From a virus: DNA of 64,000 bases. Below, piece after piece: positions 38,728 through 49,037 of this stretch. A program made the position numbers and the translations under genes. The stretch lies in IMG/VR virus record IMGVR_UViG_3300032267_001484. The stretch is one strand, 5' to 3'. The notes beneath the pieces are model-generated. The model searched no databases and had not been told where the DNA came from. It saw only the letters and a program-made list of their open reading frames with translations. Every line of letters starts with the position of its first letter. Position 1 is the stretch's first letter.

Positions 38728-40647
38728 TTAATTAAATGCTGTTGCAATCCAATACACAGGTCCTGTTAATGCAACTGATGAATTTGAATTTATTGTAAAA
38801 CTTCCTGATGTTTTATTTTGTATTGTCCATGATCTTGCATCTTCTCCTGTTACTGTTACTGCGTATAAGTTGTTAGAAAATGCACTTCCAAATGTTATTG
38901 ATGATGTTCTCGGTGTTCCTGTAAATGAAGCAGCTGATCCTGATCCTGCTTTTGCACTAGTGCCTCCACCAGGTGCCCACGATGCAGATGTAGCAAATGA
39001 GGCAGATACTGCCTGTAAAACATACGAAGCAGTTTGAGCAGTTGTAACAAACGATGCAGTTTGAGCGGTTGTAACAAAGGATGCTGTATTGGCTGTTTGA
39101 GCTAAGGTTGCAAAAGAAGCAGATACAGCTTGAAGTACATATGATGCTGTAGAAGCAAAAGAAGCAGATACTGCTTGAAGAATGTATGATGATGTTACTG
39201 CGTTTGATGCCCAAGAAGCAGTACCAAACAATGACCCAGTATAGCCTAAAGTTGCTGTTGAACTACCAGTTATAATTTCATTACCTATTACAGTTAATGA
39301 TCCTGTCACTAAAACACTACCTGTTATTGTTTGGTTACCCCTAAAGGTATTTGAACCAGTTGTTGCAAATGAACTAGTTTGCGCGTTTGTTACGAACGAA
39401 GATGTTTGTGAGTTAAGCACATAAGGTGCTAACATTGATGCGGTTGCACTTGTAAGTACATAAGCTGGGGCTAGAGCAGCTGTAGCAGCAAATGATGCAC
39501 TCAACACCGTCATTGACGATGTCTGTGCATTAGTTACAAACGAGGATGTCTGGTTTGATAATACTGCACTGCTTCCATTAACTGTTAAGCTACCAGTTAT
39601 ATCTACACTACCAGTGAATTGGTGTGTGCTAGTAGCTATGTTACTGCCAAAACGAGTAGAACCAGTAACAAAATCAATACTTGAGGTAATGGTTTGTACT
39701 ACAATTGTTTGTGCTGTTAAAGTACCTCTAACAGTAAAATTATCAGCAGAAGATGCTGTAGAGGCAAATGATGCACTTAGTACAGACATTGACGATGTTG
39801 CACTAGTAAGTACGTAGTTGGGTGCTAAGGCTGCTGTAGCGGCAAATGATGCACTTACTGCATTTAATATATAAGAAGCAGTAACAGCTTGAGAGGCATT
39901 GGTGGCAAACGATGCTGTTCCTAGTAATGAACCTGTAAATGAAGTAGCAGACACATTTCCAGACACACTAAGACCAGAATTCATTATGAATCCTGATGTA
40001 TTTGTAGCTTCAAAGGTAGTAGTAGCTGATGTAGAAATTATTCTAAATCTTCTAGCAGATAGTGATTGTAATTCTAAAGCTACAGTTGCACTTCCGCCAG
40101 CATTTAAAACAGCAGGAGTTGAAGAAACAGTTGTTGTTACTGTAAGACCATTAGCACTATTTATTAATGTATCACCAGAAATTCGGCTTGTGCCATTTAC
40201 ATCTAATTTATAGATAGGTATATTAGTTCCGATTCCTATATTGCCAGATGAAGATACATAAAGTATATTATCAGCAACATTGCTATCTATTTCAAGTAAT
40301 CCTCCAGTACTTCCTGAGATGTGTAGTAATGTTGTGGGATTTTCTAATCCAATACCAATTCTAGATTGAGAGACAAAAAGTGCTCGTTGTCCATATTGAC
40401 CAATACGGACTGTATTGTCAGAAAATGCTTCTATTATGGGTAAACCAGCAGCAGTATTAACAGAAAATAATGATCCAGAAAGTGAATCATCAACGGAAAA
40501 TAAACGGCCTGATGTGCCGTCAACAGTAAATACACTAGATCCTGAGGCATTAATTGCTAAAGCTCCAGAAATAGCGGATGAGCCACTTATATTGGCTCCA
40601 CCTTGGTCTACTAATAGACCATTTTTGACTTTAAATTCGTTTGGCAT
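38728..40647 (-). CDS. Ser/Thr/Ala-rich fibre protein (MPNEFKVK family)
   Basis: N-terminus homologous to 43048-47352; shared modules; C-terminal ITF..AF.N..Y.VTVTG...W......T..F.I....YWIA resembles H-type-lectin/gp53-like fibre tips. Confidence 0.68.
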   Translation of the reverse strand: MPNEFKVKNGLLVDQGGANISGSSAISGALAINASGSSVFTVDGTSGRLFSVDDSLSGSLFSVNTAAGLPIIEAFSDNTVRIGQYGQRALFVSQSRIGIGLENPTTLLHISGSTGGLLEIDSNVADNILYVSSSGNIGIGTNIPIYKLDVNGTSRISGDTLINSANGLTVTTTVSSTPAVLNAGGSATVALELQSLSARRFRIISTSATTTFEATNTSGFIMNSGLSVSGNVSATSFTGSLLGTASFATNASQAVTASYILNAVSASFAATAALAPNYVLTSATSSMSVLSASFASTASSADNFTVRGTLTAQTIVVQTITSSIDFVTGSTRFGSNIATSTHQFTGSVDITGSLTVNGSSAVLSNQTSSFVTNAQTSSMTVLSASFAATAALAPAYVLTSATASMLAPYVLNSQTSSFVTNAQTSSFATTGSNTFRGNQTITGSVLVTGSLTVIGNEIITGSSTATLGYTGSLFGTASWASNAVTSSYILQAVSASFASTASYVLQAVSASFATLAQTANTASFVTTAQTASFVTTAQTASYVLQAVSASFATSASWAPGGGTSAKAGSGSAASFTGTPRTSSITFGSAFSNNLYAVTVTGEDARSWTIQNKTSGSFTINSNSSVALTGPVYWIATAFN

Positions 40648-40656
40648 GTGTATTTA

Positions 40657-40676
40657 CTGTTTTCACTTTCCGACAG
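40657..40676 (-). promoter_or_regulatory. Leader hairpin with GGAAAGTGAA loop, 9 nt before the fibre start codon
   Basis: CTGT-c-GGAAAGTGAA-a-ACAG; counterpart at 47361-47382. Confidence 0.5.
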
Positions 40677-40689
40677 CTACGAATAAATA

Positions 40690-40953
40690 TTAAGACATCA
40701 TACTACCTGACGGGTTAGTCCATTCTTCTGTAGCTAATATTGTTAATATTTGATCGTAAGTATAGGGTCCTTCTTTAGTTGTTAATACTTCTATTGATGA
40801 TGGGATTGTTTCTCCATCCCATTTTACAAATGTTTTTGTTTCGTCTACTGATTTTCTTACTGTATCAATAGATGTTTCTAATACTTGAGTAAAGTCAACG
40901 TTTGGTAGTTCTGATACGTTGAAGATCATGAATTCTCTGTTTTCGTATGACAT
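40690..40953 (-). CDS. Small acidic lectin-cassette partner protein, paralog of 48062-48322
   Basis: YENREFMIFNVSEL..VDFTQVLETSIDTVRKSVD.TKTFVKWDG...TTKEGPYTYD.IL.ILAT.EWT. Confidence 0.78.
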   Translation of the reverse strand: MSYENREFMIFNVSELPNVDFTQVLETSIDTVRKSVDETKTFVKWDGETIPSSIEVLTTKEGPYTYDQILTILATEEWTNPSGSMMS

Positions 40954-40956
40954 AGT

Positions 40957-41619
40957 TTATAAATTAAAGCGTGATTTTTGTGCGTTATAATTTTGTAGGA
41001 CTTCTTGAGCTGAGAGTGCTCTGTTGTATATTTGGACAGGTCCAATATTTCCATTTATTGTATTTGTGTTGGCACCTCCAATACTAAAACCACTCCAAGC
41101 TAGTGGAGTTGTCATATTTTTACTAATTAAAAATGTGCCATTTTTATAAAATGAACCTACTCCTGATCCATAGGTAAAACAAAAAGATTGGTACACTCCG
41201 GTAAATACTATTTGACTAGTTAAATCAGATGGAGTAATTCTTGTAGGTATATCTATTCCTACATATACTCGACCAGTAGTTGTTGTATGAAAAACAAAAA
41301 ATCCCCATCCATTTGTGGCTCCTATAAATTGATTATAATCAGTTGAAGTATTTGGTTTAATTATCCAAAATAAAGTAAATGAAGATGGTGTCCATGTAAT
41401 ACTAGGTATACTAACATAATCATCTACACCATCAAACACAATATTTCCTCCATTAGCACTATTATAAGTAGGTCCATTTATTAATGATCCACTATTGTTA
41501 TTTCCGCTTACATCACTCCAAGTAGTTCCACTACCAGGATAAGAATTTCTATCAGCAGCATCTAATGCTAATACTAATCCGTCTGTTACTATTTTACCAA
41601 ATGCGTATTGTGTTGCCAT
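40957..41619 (-). CDS. LamG/ConA-like lectin domain protein
   Basis: IVTDGLVLALDAADRNSYPGSGTTW...FDGVDDY...YNRALSAQEVLQNYNAQKSRF. Confidence 0.82.
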   Translation of the reverse strand: MATQYAFGKIVTDGLVLALDAADRNSYPGSGTTWSDVSGNNNSGSLINGPTYNSANGGNIVFDGVDDYVSIPSITWTPSSFTLFWIIKPNTSTDYNQFIGATNGWGFFVFHTTTTGRVYVGIDIPTRITPSDLTSQIVFTGVYQSFCFTYGSGVGSFYKNGTFLISKNMTTPLAWSGFSIGGANTNTINGNIGPVQIYNRALSAQEVLQNYNAQKSRFNL

Positions 41620-41623
41620 AACT

Positions 41624-42376
41624 TTATAGATTGAATCTTGATTTTTGTGCGTTGTAATTTTGTAGGATTTCTGATGCTGAGAGGGCCCGGTTGTAGATTT
41701 GAACTATAGAAATATTAGCCTCTATAGGATATGGAGAGATAGAAACGTCGGATTCTGATGCTATACATAAAGTTCTAGCATTACTGACATTTCCCACAGT
41801 CGCAAAAGATGCAGCTCCTACATAAGACTGTAAAGTTTGGGTAACAGCGTTTAGATAAATAGAAACATTAGATTGTGTTCTAATTCCAACAACTGTAGCC
41901 ATTTGCCATAATCCATTTCTAATATTTGCGCCTGAGGTTTGTATTGAATATGATCCATTTGCACCCCAACTACCATTTACACTAGCTATACCGAATCCTA
42001 AATTAGTTCCATTAGATCCATTATTAACTAACCATCCATAATCAGAAGTAGGATTATCACCTATTGATTTTGCTATGAATGTACTTGGAAATGTTGGTTC
42101 TGTTGTTTTAAAAAAAAAGTTAATAGTAAAATCTGATGTTCCGAAATTACCTACTGTGTTATTTATACTAGCATAATCATCAACTCCATCAAACACAATG
42201 CTACCACCATTAGTAGAGCTGAATGTAGGTCCATTAGTTAAAGTTCCATTGTTATTATTAGCAGTTAAATCTGTCCAAGTAGTACCACTACCAGGATAGC
42301 TATTCCTATCAGCAGCATCCAGCTCTAATACTAAGCTACTATCTCTTACTATATATGGTCCACCTGATACTCCCAT
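41624..42376 (-). CDS. LamG/ConA-like lectin domain protein
   Basis: Same conserved N- and C-terminal blocks as its paralogs, divergent core. Confidence 0.82.
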   Translation of the reverse strand: MGVSGGPYIVRDSSLVLELDAADRNSYPGSGTTWTDLTANNNNGTLTNGPTFSSTNGGSIVFDGVDDYASINNTVGNFGTSDFTINFFFKTTEPTFPSTFIAKSIGDNPTSDYGWLVNNGSNGTNLGFGIASVNGSWGANGSYSIQTSGANIRNGLWQMATVVGIRTQSNVSIYLNAVTQTLQSYVGAASFATVGNVSNARTLCIASESDVSISPYPIEANISIVQIYNRALSASEILQNYNAQKSRFNL

Positions 42377-42378
42377 AG

Positions 42379-43038
42379 TTATAAGCCGAATCTTGTTTTA
42401 GTTGCGTTGTAATTTTGTAGGACTTCCTGTGGTGATAAAGCACGGTTGTATATTTGAACATTGGCTATATTACCAAGAAAAAAAGAATTTATCACTGGGG
42501 AGTTTCCTATATAGACGTCGTTACTATCTATTCCAACAGTGCTTCCTGCAGTTGTGGAATTTATAATTCCATTAAAGTATACATTTTTTGAAGTACTATT
42601 TATAGTTCCTACTATATTGCACCATATAGGATCTCCAATTGTAGGTATTGTTGTTGAAAGTAATTGACTTCCATTTGTCCAAAAAGCAAACTGTTTAACG
42701 TTAGGAGCAATATTCATGTAGTATGAAGATATATAACTTTTTCCTATTACAATTTGATTTAGATTTGTTGTTGTACGAATCCATGCTGATAGTGTAAGAG
42801 TTGTTAAGTCTAAAGAAGCCGGCTTACCTAGATTAACAATATCATCAACACCATCAAACACAATACTACCCAAATTAGCACTACTAAAAGTAGGTCCATT
42901 AGTTAAACTACCACTATTGTTATTTCCAGATACATCAAACCAAGTAGTTCCACTACCAGGATAAGAATTTCTATCAGCAGCATCTAAAGATAATACTAAC
43001 CCATTAGTAACTATTCTAGGTCCATTCCCAAATCCCAT
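42379..43038 (-). CDS. LamG/ConA-like lectin domain protein
   Basis: Conserved blocks; TLSAWI...W.NIVGT...VYFNG LamG core. Confidence 0.82.
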   Translation of the reverse strand: MGFGNGPRIVTNGLVLSLDAADRNSYPGSGTTWFDVSGNNNSGSLTNGPTFSSANLGSIVFDGVDDIVNLGKPASLDLTTLTLSAWIRTTTNLNQIVIGKSYISSYYMNIAPNVKQFAFWTNGSQLLSTTIPTIGDPIWCNIVGTINSTSKNVYFNGIINSTTAGSTVGIDSNDVYIGNSPVINSFFLGNIANVQIYNRALSPQEVLQNYNATKTRFGL

Positions 43039-43047
43039 ATAACAATT

Positions 43048-46000
43048 TTATAATAAATTAGCAATAGATTTTACTGTCCATGAACCAGGAGCTGTAAAGT
43101 TAAGGTTTACATTTGCTCCTGATAATACTACAGCAAATGAAGCTGTAGCTGTATTTCCTATATCTGTAGTTGTTACTTCAGTATATCTAACTGTTGTTCC
43201 GTTCCATACAGACATTACTTGACCTGATCTTGCATTTGAAGCGGAAGCAATTGTATAGTTGTAGAAACAAGATGTATATGATCCTGTTGCTAATGACGAT
43301 ACAGTTGTTGTACCGGCTGCTGTTACAGATGAGGTATTATTGAATTGAGATGAGCCAATTGTGAATTGATTCGCATATGAAGCGGTTGCAGCATACGATG
43401 CACTTACTGCATTTAGTACATATGATGCTGTGGCTACAGACATAGATCCTGTCTGATTACTCAACACTACTGCACTTCCATTAACAACTAGGCTACCACT
43501 TACACTTACACTTCCTGTAAATTGATGTGTGTTTGTAATTATACTGCCAAAACGGGTAGAACCAGTAACAAAATCAACACTTGAAGTAATGGTTTGTACT
43601 ACAATTGTTTGTGCTGTAAGTGTTCCTGCTACCGTAAAGTTATCAGCATATGATGCTGTTACAGCAGATTTTACAGACATAGATGATGTCTGTGATGTTA
43701 GCACGTATGGAGCCAACATTGATGATGTTACACTAGTTAACACATATGGTTGTAACATTGATCCTGTAGCACTAGTCAAAACATAGTTAGGTGCTAATGC
43801 AGCAGTTGCTGCAAATGAAGCACTTAATACAGACATTGAAGATGTCTGTGAAGTTAATACATACGGTGCTAACATTGATGATGTTGCACTTGTAAGTACA
43901 TATAAAGGAGCAAACGAAGCTGTAGAAGCAAGTGAAGCGGTTCCAGTTAAGTTTGCAACTACATTTGATGATACATTTAATGTTCCTGAAATTGAATAGT
44001 TACCAACTAGTGTTTTAGAGTTAATCCATTGTGATCCATTATAATATAATAAATCACCTGCTACTCTACCTGCTGCATCTACATCAGATAAACCCTCTAA
44101 TGTAATTGGTACTGGAGCAGTGCCTGATGATCCTACACCACCCACAGATCTGAATAATCCTCCTGGGATGATTGTTGTTTCATCGGCATTTAATAAGTCT
44201 CTTCCACTACCACCTTCAATAATAATATATCCTAAGAATATAGCGTTTATTGCTGTATTTGGAGCCTCTACAAATGGTTCAGAATCTTTAGCATTTACAG
44301 CGTTTAATAGAGTAGAATACTTAGCATTGCCGTAGTAAACTATAAATGCGTTTGTCGGTGAGTTTGGAATCCAGAATACTCTTTGAATACTCCAGTTACT
44401 ATTACCTACAGTAGCTAAATTACCTGTTGTTGTATTAACATATTGAGTATTATCAATAGTTGTATAACCAGCAGCACTAACACCAGTATCAATTACTGGG
44501 GTAGATCCTGAAATATAATAGCGATATATTTTAGATGTATTAATAGCATTTTCTACTGTTGTAGAAGGATGGTTTGCATTAAAACGATAGTTAGCACCTT
44601 CTTTATAAGCAGTACCACCTGTTTTAATAATACTTAATGTTGGTGAGCTACCACTAGGTGATAAAACATGTCCTGATATTTTTAATGGTCCGAATGCTCT
44701 AAAGAAGTCATCTGCTTTTTGTGGTTGACCATATGATATTTGAGGAGCACTAAATACACCTGTAGATACACTACCTGATAAGTGTAATACAACACCTAAA
44801 TTAATTTGAGTATCAAATTGATTAATATCAGTAGAACCCCAAGGTACTGTTTGTTGAACAGGTGTTCCTGTATTATCTATACCAACATAAGTTAATTTAG
44901 CTGACCCGGAATTGGTAATTGGAATGTTTGTTAAATTATCCCAAGTTACATATTGTACTGTTGGATAGGGACTGCTTGATGTAGAGGCATTTTGTGTTAC
45001 AATAATACCACTACCAGAACTAATATTCCATGTAGTTGATCCTATGGATGATGATATCACACCACCGTTTAATATACCTGTATATAAACCGGATTCTAAC
45101 CAACGTAAACGAGTTGTATTTGCATACCCGGATCCATTTTGGGAGAAATATAAGTCATTTGTAGATCCACTTACATAAATGTAAGATGCAGATATTGAAG
45201 TATCTATAGTTCTACCTATAGGATTAAATCTAGTAACACCCGTAAATTGAGTATCTCCATAAATTTGAATAGTTGGAGTTGATGGATTTTCTGATCCTGA
45301 CATTATAATACTGCCTGTTAATACAGTATTACCAATTAAAGTATTATTACCAATTTGAGTAGTAGAACCAGTAATTAATAATGATCCTGTAATTGTAGTT
45401 GATGTATTACGGAAAATTGTTGTACCAAATATAGTAGTAGACCCACTAATATTAACACTACCACTTAAAACAGTATTTCCTGTTAATGTATTATTGCCTG
45501 TTTGGGTAGTAGAACCAGAAACTAATAAACTACCAGTTATTGTTACTACTTGACATAATGGATTTACATATGAAGCTGTTTGAGAATTAATTGCATTAGA
45601 GGCATTTGATGCAGATTCTGCGTATAATGCATAAGAAGCAGTAGCAACAGAACCGGATTGAGATACAGTTACGTTAAATGTACTTCCATCACCTTTAGTG
45701 AAGGTGATTGTTGTATTTACAGCGGATGCTGTTACTAAAAATGAACCCGTATTTACTGTTGCTCCACCAGCATTTAGTGCATAAGAGGCAGTTATTGCAT
45801 ATGATGCACTTAATACAGACATTGAAGATGTCTGTGAAGTAAGTACATATGGTTGCAACATTGAGCTAGTTGTACTTGTAAGTACATATAATGGTGCCAA
45901 TGCAGCAGTTGCTGCAAAAGATGCACTTACTGCATTAAGAATATAAGATGATGTTAATGCGTTTTGTGCCCAAGACGCAGTGCCAAATAGTGATCCTGTT

Positions 46001-47352
46001 ATTACAGGAGCATTAAGAGAACCAGTTATACTTACACTACCAGTAACAGTCATATTACCAGCAAATCTGCTAGATCCAGATACTTGAAGACGTTCACCAG
46101 AATCAGATGTTGAGCCTATTGCAAGATTGCCTGTTGAGAATAGCCGCATTCTTGAATTTGCAGTAATAGCAAAATCTATTGTATTAAGATTTAGAGTATC
46201 TATTCCTGTTGGAGTTAACACCAAAATAGAATTACCACCTGTTGGACTTTGAATCCACATGCCACTATTGCTATATATATGCAAAGGTCTTTGTGGTGCA
46301 TTAGTACCAATACCTAAACTACCAGATAAGAAGTTTGGAGCCGTACCAGAACCATATAATCCCCAAGATGCGGATGGTGATGTTGCGGCATTGTTTGACC
46401 ATTCAATACTTCTCCAATCAGCAGCAGCGGTTAAGGTAGGATTAACGTACAATCCACGGGTAATGCCTGTAGCTCCAGAAGATTGACTAATAATCGGAGA
46501 TAGTAATAATTGAGTATTAGTGGCGCTTCCTCCAACAGGATTAAACGTTTGATTTATAGTAGCAACTGTACTAGATATTACATTTATTGCCGGAAGAAAA
46601 CTAAAAGTTATTCCACCACCAGTACCTTGAGGGTGGTTGAAAATAAAACCTCCAACATTTGCTGAGCTCCAAGATCCTAATATTTGCGCTGCTTGATATT
46701 CATCTACATTTTGATATCTTAATAACGATACTGATGAGCCGTTATTTGTTCCACCTATTCTTTGTTGAATAGTAATAACTGGTGTAGTCTGCGATGCAAC
46801 AACACTCATTAACTGAGTACCATCAATGGTCAAACTCCCAGTTATACCTACACTACCTGTAAATTGATGGGTATTTGATAATAAGCTTCCAAAACGTGTA
46901 GATCCAGTTACGAAATCAGTAGATGATGTAATTGTTTGAGCTACAATCGTTTGAGCAGTTAATGTACCTCTTACAGTAAAGTTATCTGCTGAAGAGGCAG
47001 TTGCAGCATATGAGGCACTAACTACAGAGCCAAGTAAAGTTTGAGCTGTTAAAGCATAAGATGATGTTACTGCATTATTTGCCCAACTTGCAGTACCTAA
47101 TAGACTTCCTGTAATTCGGGCAAAGCTTCCAGAGACTTTAATAGCCTCTGCATTAAACGTTCCTATGTTTACGGTATCGTCTGAGAAAGCCTCCATTACG
47201 GGGATACCTGAAATATCTTTTACTGAAAAAAGAGAACCTGACAAAGAGTCTGTTATTGAAAACAATTGTCCTTGGGAACCTTGTACGTCAAGTATTACTG
47301 AGCCAGAACCATTTACAATGAGTTTTTTTCTAACTCTGAATTCGTTTGCCAT
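43048..47352 (-). CDS. Large Ser/Thr/Gly-rich fibre protein (MANEFRV family)
   Basis: 1434 aa; N-terminus shared with 38728-40647; C-terminal domain shared with 49732-54357; two ADNFTV...THQFTGSV modules. Confidence 0.72.
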   Translation of the reverse strand: MANEFRVRKKLIVNGSGSVILDVQGSQGQLFSITDSLSGSLFSVKDISGIPVMEAFSDDTVNIGTFNAEAIKVSGSFARITGSLLGTASWANNAVTSSYALTAQTLLGSVVSASYAATASSADNFTVRGTLTAQTIVAQTITSSTDFVTGSTRFGSLLSNTHQFTGSVGITGSLTIDGTQLMSVVASQTTPVITIQQRIGGTNNGSSVSLLRYQNVDEYQAAQILGSWSSANVGGFIFNHPQGTGGGITFSFLPAINVISSTVATINQTFNPVGGSATNTQLLLSPIISQSSGATGITRGLYVNPTLTAAADWRSIEWSNNAATSPSASWGLYGSGTAPNFLSGSLGIGTNAPQRPLHIYSNSGMWIQSPTGGNSILVLTPTGIDTLNLNTIDFAITANSRMRLFSTGNLAIGSTSDSGERLQVSGSSRFAGNMTVTGSVSITGSLNAPVITGSLFGTASWAQNALTSSYILNAVSASFAATAALAPLYVLTSTTSSMLQPYVLTSQTSSMSVLSASYAITASYALNAGGATVNTGSFLVTASAVNTTITFTKGDGSTFNVTVSQSGSVATASYALYAESASNASNAINSQTASYVNPLCQVVTITGSLLVSGSTTQTGNNTLTGNTVLSGSVNISGSTTIFGTTIFRNTSTTITGSLLITGSTTQIGNNTLIGNTVLTGSIIMSGSENPSTPTIQIYGDTQFTGVTRFNPIGRTIDTSISASYIYVSGSTNDLYFSQNGSGYANTTRLRWLESGLYTGILNGGVISSSIGSTTWNISSGSGIIVTQNASTSSSPYPTVQYVTWDNLTNIPITNSGSAKLTYVGIDNTGTPVQQTVPWGSTDINQFDTQINLGVVLHLSGSVSTGVFSAPQISYGQPQKADDFFRAFGPLKISGHVLSPSGSSPTLSIIKTGGTAYKEGANYRFNANHPSTTVENAINTSKIYRYYISGSTPVIDTGVSAAGYTTIDNTQYVNTTTGNLATVGNSNWSIQRVFWIPNSPTNAFIVYYGNAKYSTLLNAVNAKDSEPFVEAPNTAINAIFLGYIIIEGGSGRDLLNADETTIIPGGLFRSVGGVGSSGTAPVPITLEGLSDVDAAGRVAGDLLYYNGSQWINSKTLVGNYSISGTLNVSSNVVANLTGTASLASTASFAPLYVLTSATSSMLAPYVLTSQTSSMSVLSASFAATAALAPNYVLTSATGSMLQPYVLTSVTSSMLAPYVLTSQTSSMSVKSAVTASYADNFTVAGTLTAQTIVVQTITSSVDFVTGSTRFGSIITNTHQFTGSVSVSGSLVVNGSAVVLSNQTGSMSVATASYVLNAVSASYAATASYANQFTIGSSQFNNTSSVTAAGTTTVSSLATGSYTSCFYNYTIASASNARSGQVMSVWNGTTVRYTEVTTTDIGNTATASFAVVLSGANVNLNFTAPGSWTVKSIANLL
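46076..46316. repeat. 241-bp near-identical direct repeat, copy 1 (copy 2 at 51950-52190)
   Basis: Aligned by eye without gaps, about a dozen substitutions; encodes GIGTNAPQRPLHIYSNSG...DSGERLQVSG. Confidence 0.9.
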
Positions 47353-47360
47353 AATTTTAT

Positions 47361-47382
47361 CCTTTTTTCATGTTCCAAAAGG
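47361..47382 (-). promoter_or_regulatory. Leader hairpin with GGAACATGAA loop, 8 nt before the fibre start codon
   Basis: CCTTTT-GGAACATGAA-AAAAGG; counterpart at 40657-40676. Confidence 0.5.
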
Positions 47383-47408
47383 TCGACAATAAATATGTAC
47401 ATATCAAG

Positions 47409-48062
47409 CTATAGTCCGTATCTTGATTTTAAGGCTTCGTAGTTTTGTAGGACTTCTGTTGCTGGTAGGACTCGATTGTATACTTTTAAACAGTATAAAT
47501 TTCCTGTAAGTTGTTCATTAAATCCATTAACATCACTTCCTATTCTAAAATTAATATTTGATGGAATATTCCCTGTTAGAGTACCAGTATTATTTAATAG
47601 TCCATTTATATATAATCTAACATTTCCTGATCCATCCCTTGTTGCTGCCATATGATATGTTCCTAGTGGTAATGGTGCGTTTACTACATATACGGCACCA
47701 TTTATCCAAATACCATATCGTCCAGCAAACCAAACTCCTAAACCATATCCGTTTCCATAATTTGTAAAAATAGCTCCGTTTGAAGCTCCTGTCGTTTTAT
47801 AAAAAGACTCAATAGTAAAAGGATTTGTGCCTGCTATTATATTATTACTGTTTAAATCAGCGTAGTCATTAGTTCCATCAAAGACTATACTGCCACCATT
47901 AGCAGAATCAAAAGTAGGTCCATTCACTAATGATCCGCTATTTCTATTCCCGCTAACATCATTCCAAATAGTGGATCCAGGAACATAAGACCTTCTATTA
48001 GCTGCGTCTAAAGCTAAGACTAGTCCGTTGGTTATTATATTTGATCCTCCTATCGTAGCCAT
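47409..48062 (-). CDS. LamG/ConA-like lectin domain protein
   Basis: IITNGLVLALDAAN..SY.PGS..W.D.SGN...FDGTNDY...LYING...YNR.L...EVLQNY. Confidence 0.82.
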   Translation of the reverse strand: MATIGGSNIITNGLVLALDAANRRSYVPGSTIWNDVSGNRNSGSLVNGPTFDSANGGSIVFDGTNDYADLNSNNIIAGTNPFTIESFYKTTGASNGAIFTNYGNGYGLGVWFAGRYGIWINGAVYVVNAPLPLGTYHMAATRDGSGNVRLYINGLLNNTGTLTGNIPSNINFRIGSDVNGFNEQLTGNLYCLKVYNRVLPATEVLQNYEALKSRYGL

Positions 48063-48322
48063 TAGGGCATCATTGGGTTTGGATCAGTCCATTCTGGTGT
48101 AGCTAGTATTGCTAGGATCTCATCATAAGTGTAAGGTCCTTCTTTTGTAGTTAGTCCTTGTACTGATGATGGGATTTCTTGTCCATCCCACTTTACGAAG
48201 GTCTTGGTTTGATCTACTGATTTGCGAACAGTATCAATAGACGTTTCTAATACTTGAGTAAAATCGATCTGATCTAGTTCAGATACGTTAAAGATCATGA
48301 ATTCTCTGTTTTCGTATATCAT
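48062..48322 (-). CDS. Small acidic lectin-cassette partner protein, paralog of 40690-40953
   Basis: Start moved from track 48424 to ATG 48322 (MIYENREF) by alignment with the paralog and to avoid overlap. Confidence 0.78.
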   Translation of the reverse strand: MIYENREFMIFNVSELDQIDFTQVLETSIDTVRKSVDQTKTFVKWDGQEIPSSVQGLTTKEGPYTYDEILAILATPEWTDPNPMMP

Positions 48323-48323
48323 A

Positions 48324-49034
48324 TTATTCTGGGTTATATCGTGATTTTTGTCCTTCGTAGTTTTGGAAGATTTCTGTTGCTGAGAGTGCTCTATTATATA
48401 TTTGAAAATTATATATATTACCATCCATAATATCTGCTCCAGCTCTATATCCTATTTGAGTATTTCCCACATCATATGCTAAACTAACGTTTCCATCTGT
48501 TTGACCAGCATAAGATACTTCTAATCCATTATAGTATAATTTTATGTTGCTGTCTCCAGCATTAACTGTTGCAGTTATCATAAAAATTCTGTTTGCTGTT
48601 ATGTATCCTGTTGTTGATATTGCAAATTTTTGATCATTCCCAAGTGATATAAAAAAATCAGATCCATTATTCCCGGATGCAGTTATAAAAAATCCTTTAC
48701 CGGCACTGTAAGGATAACAATTACTTATTAGTGTTATTCTATTACCAAAACTTGTCGGTTGAGGAGTTGTTTTATTTAATCTAATCCAAGCATTTACTGT
48801 AAATCTGTTAGATACATTTACATTTAAAGCAGTAACTACAAAATCATCGACTCCATCAAACACAATACTCCCTAAATTAGCAGAATTAAATGTAGGTCCA
48901 TTAATTAAAGTACCATTATTCCTATTTCCGCTTAAATCTCTCCACGTTGTAGAACCATTAACGTATGATTTTACATTAGCAGCATCTAATGATAGTACTA
49001 ATCCATTTGTTATTGTATTGGGTCCTGTAAACAT
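48324..49034 (-). CDS. LamG/ConA-like lectin domain protein
   Basis: Conserved blocks; FTVNAWI...LYYNG core. Confidence 0.82.
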   Translation of the reverse strand: MFTGPNTITNGLVLSLDAANVKSYVNGSTTWRDLSGNRNNGTLINGPTFNSANLGSIVFDGVDDFVVTALNVNVSNRFTVNAWIRLNKTTPQPTSFGNRITLISNCYPYSAGKGFFITASGNNGSDFFISLGNDQKFAISTTGYITANRIFMITATVNAGDSNIKLYYNGLEVSYAGQTDGNVSLAYDVGNTQIGYRAGADIMDGNIYNFQIYNRALSATEIFQNYEGQKSRYNPE

Positions 49035-49037
49035 TTA

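Noticed and set aside
37440-39200. Tandem repeats (TASFVTTAQ-like) as a separate repeat element
   Set aside because: They are in-frame peptide repeats of the fibre shafts, explained by the coding sequence
48323-48424. N-terminal extension of ORF 48062-48424
   Set aside because: Overlaps the upstream LamG gene; the paralog at 40690-40953 supports a start at 48322
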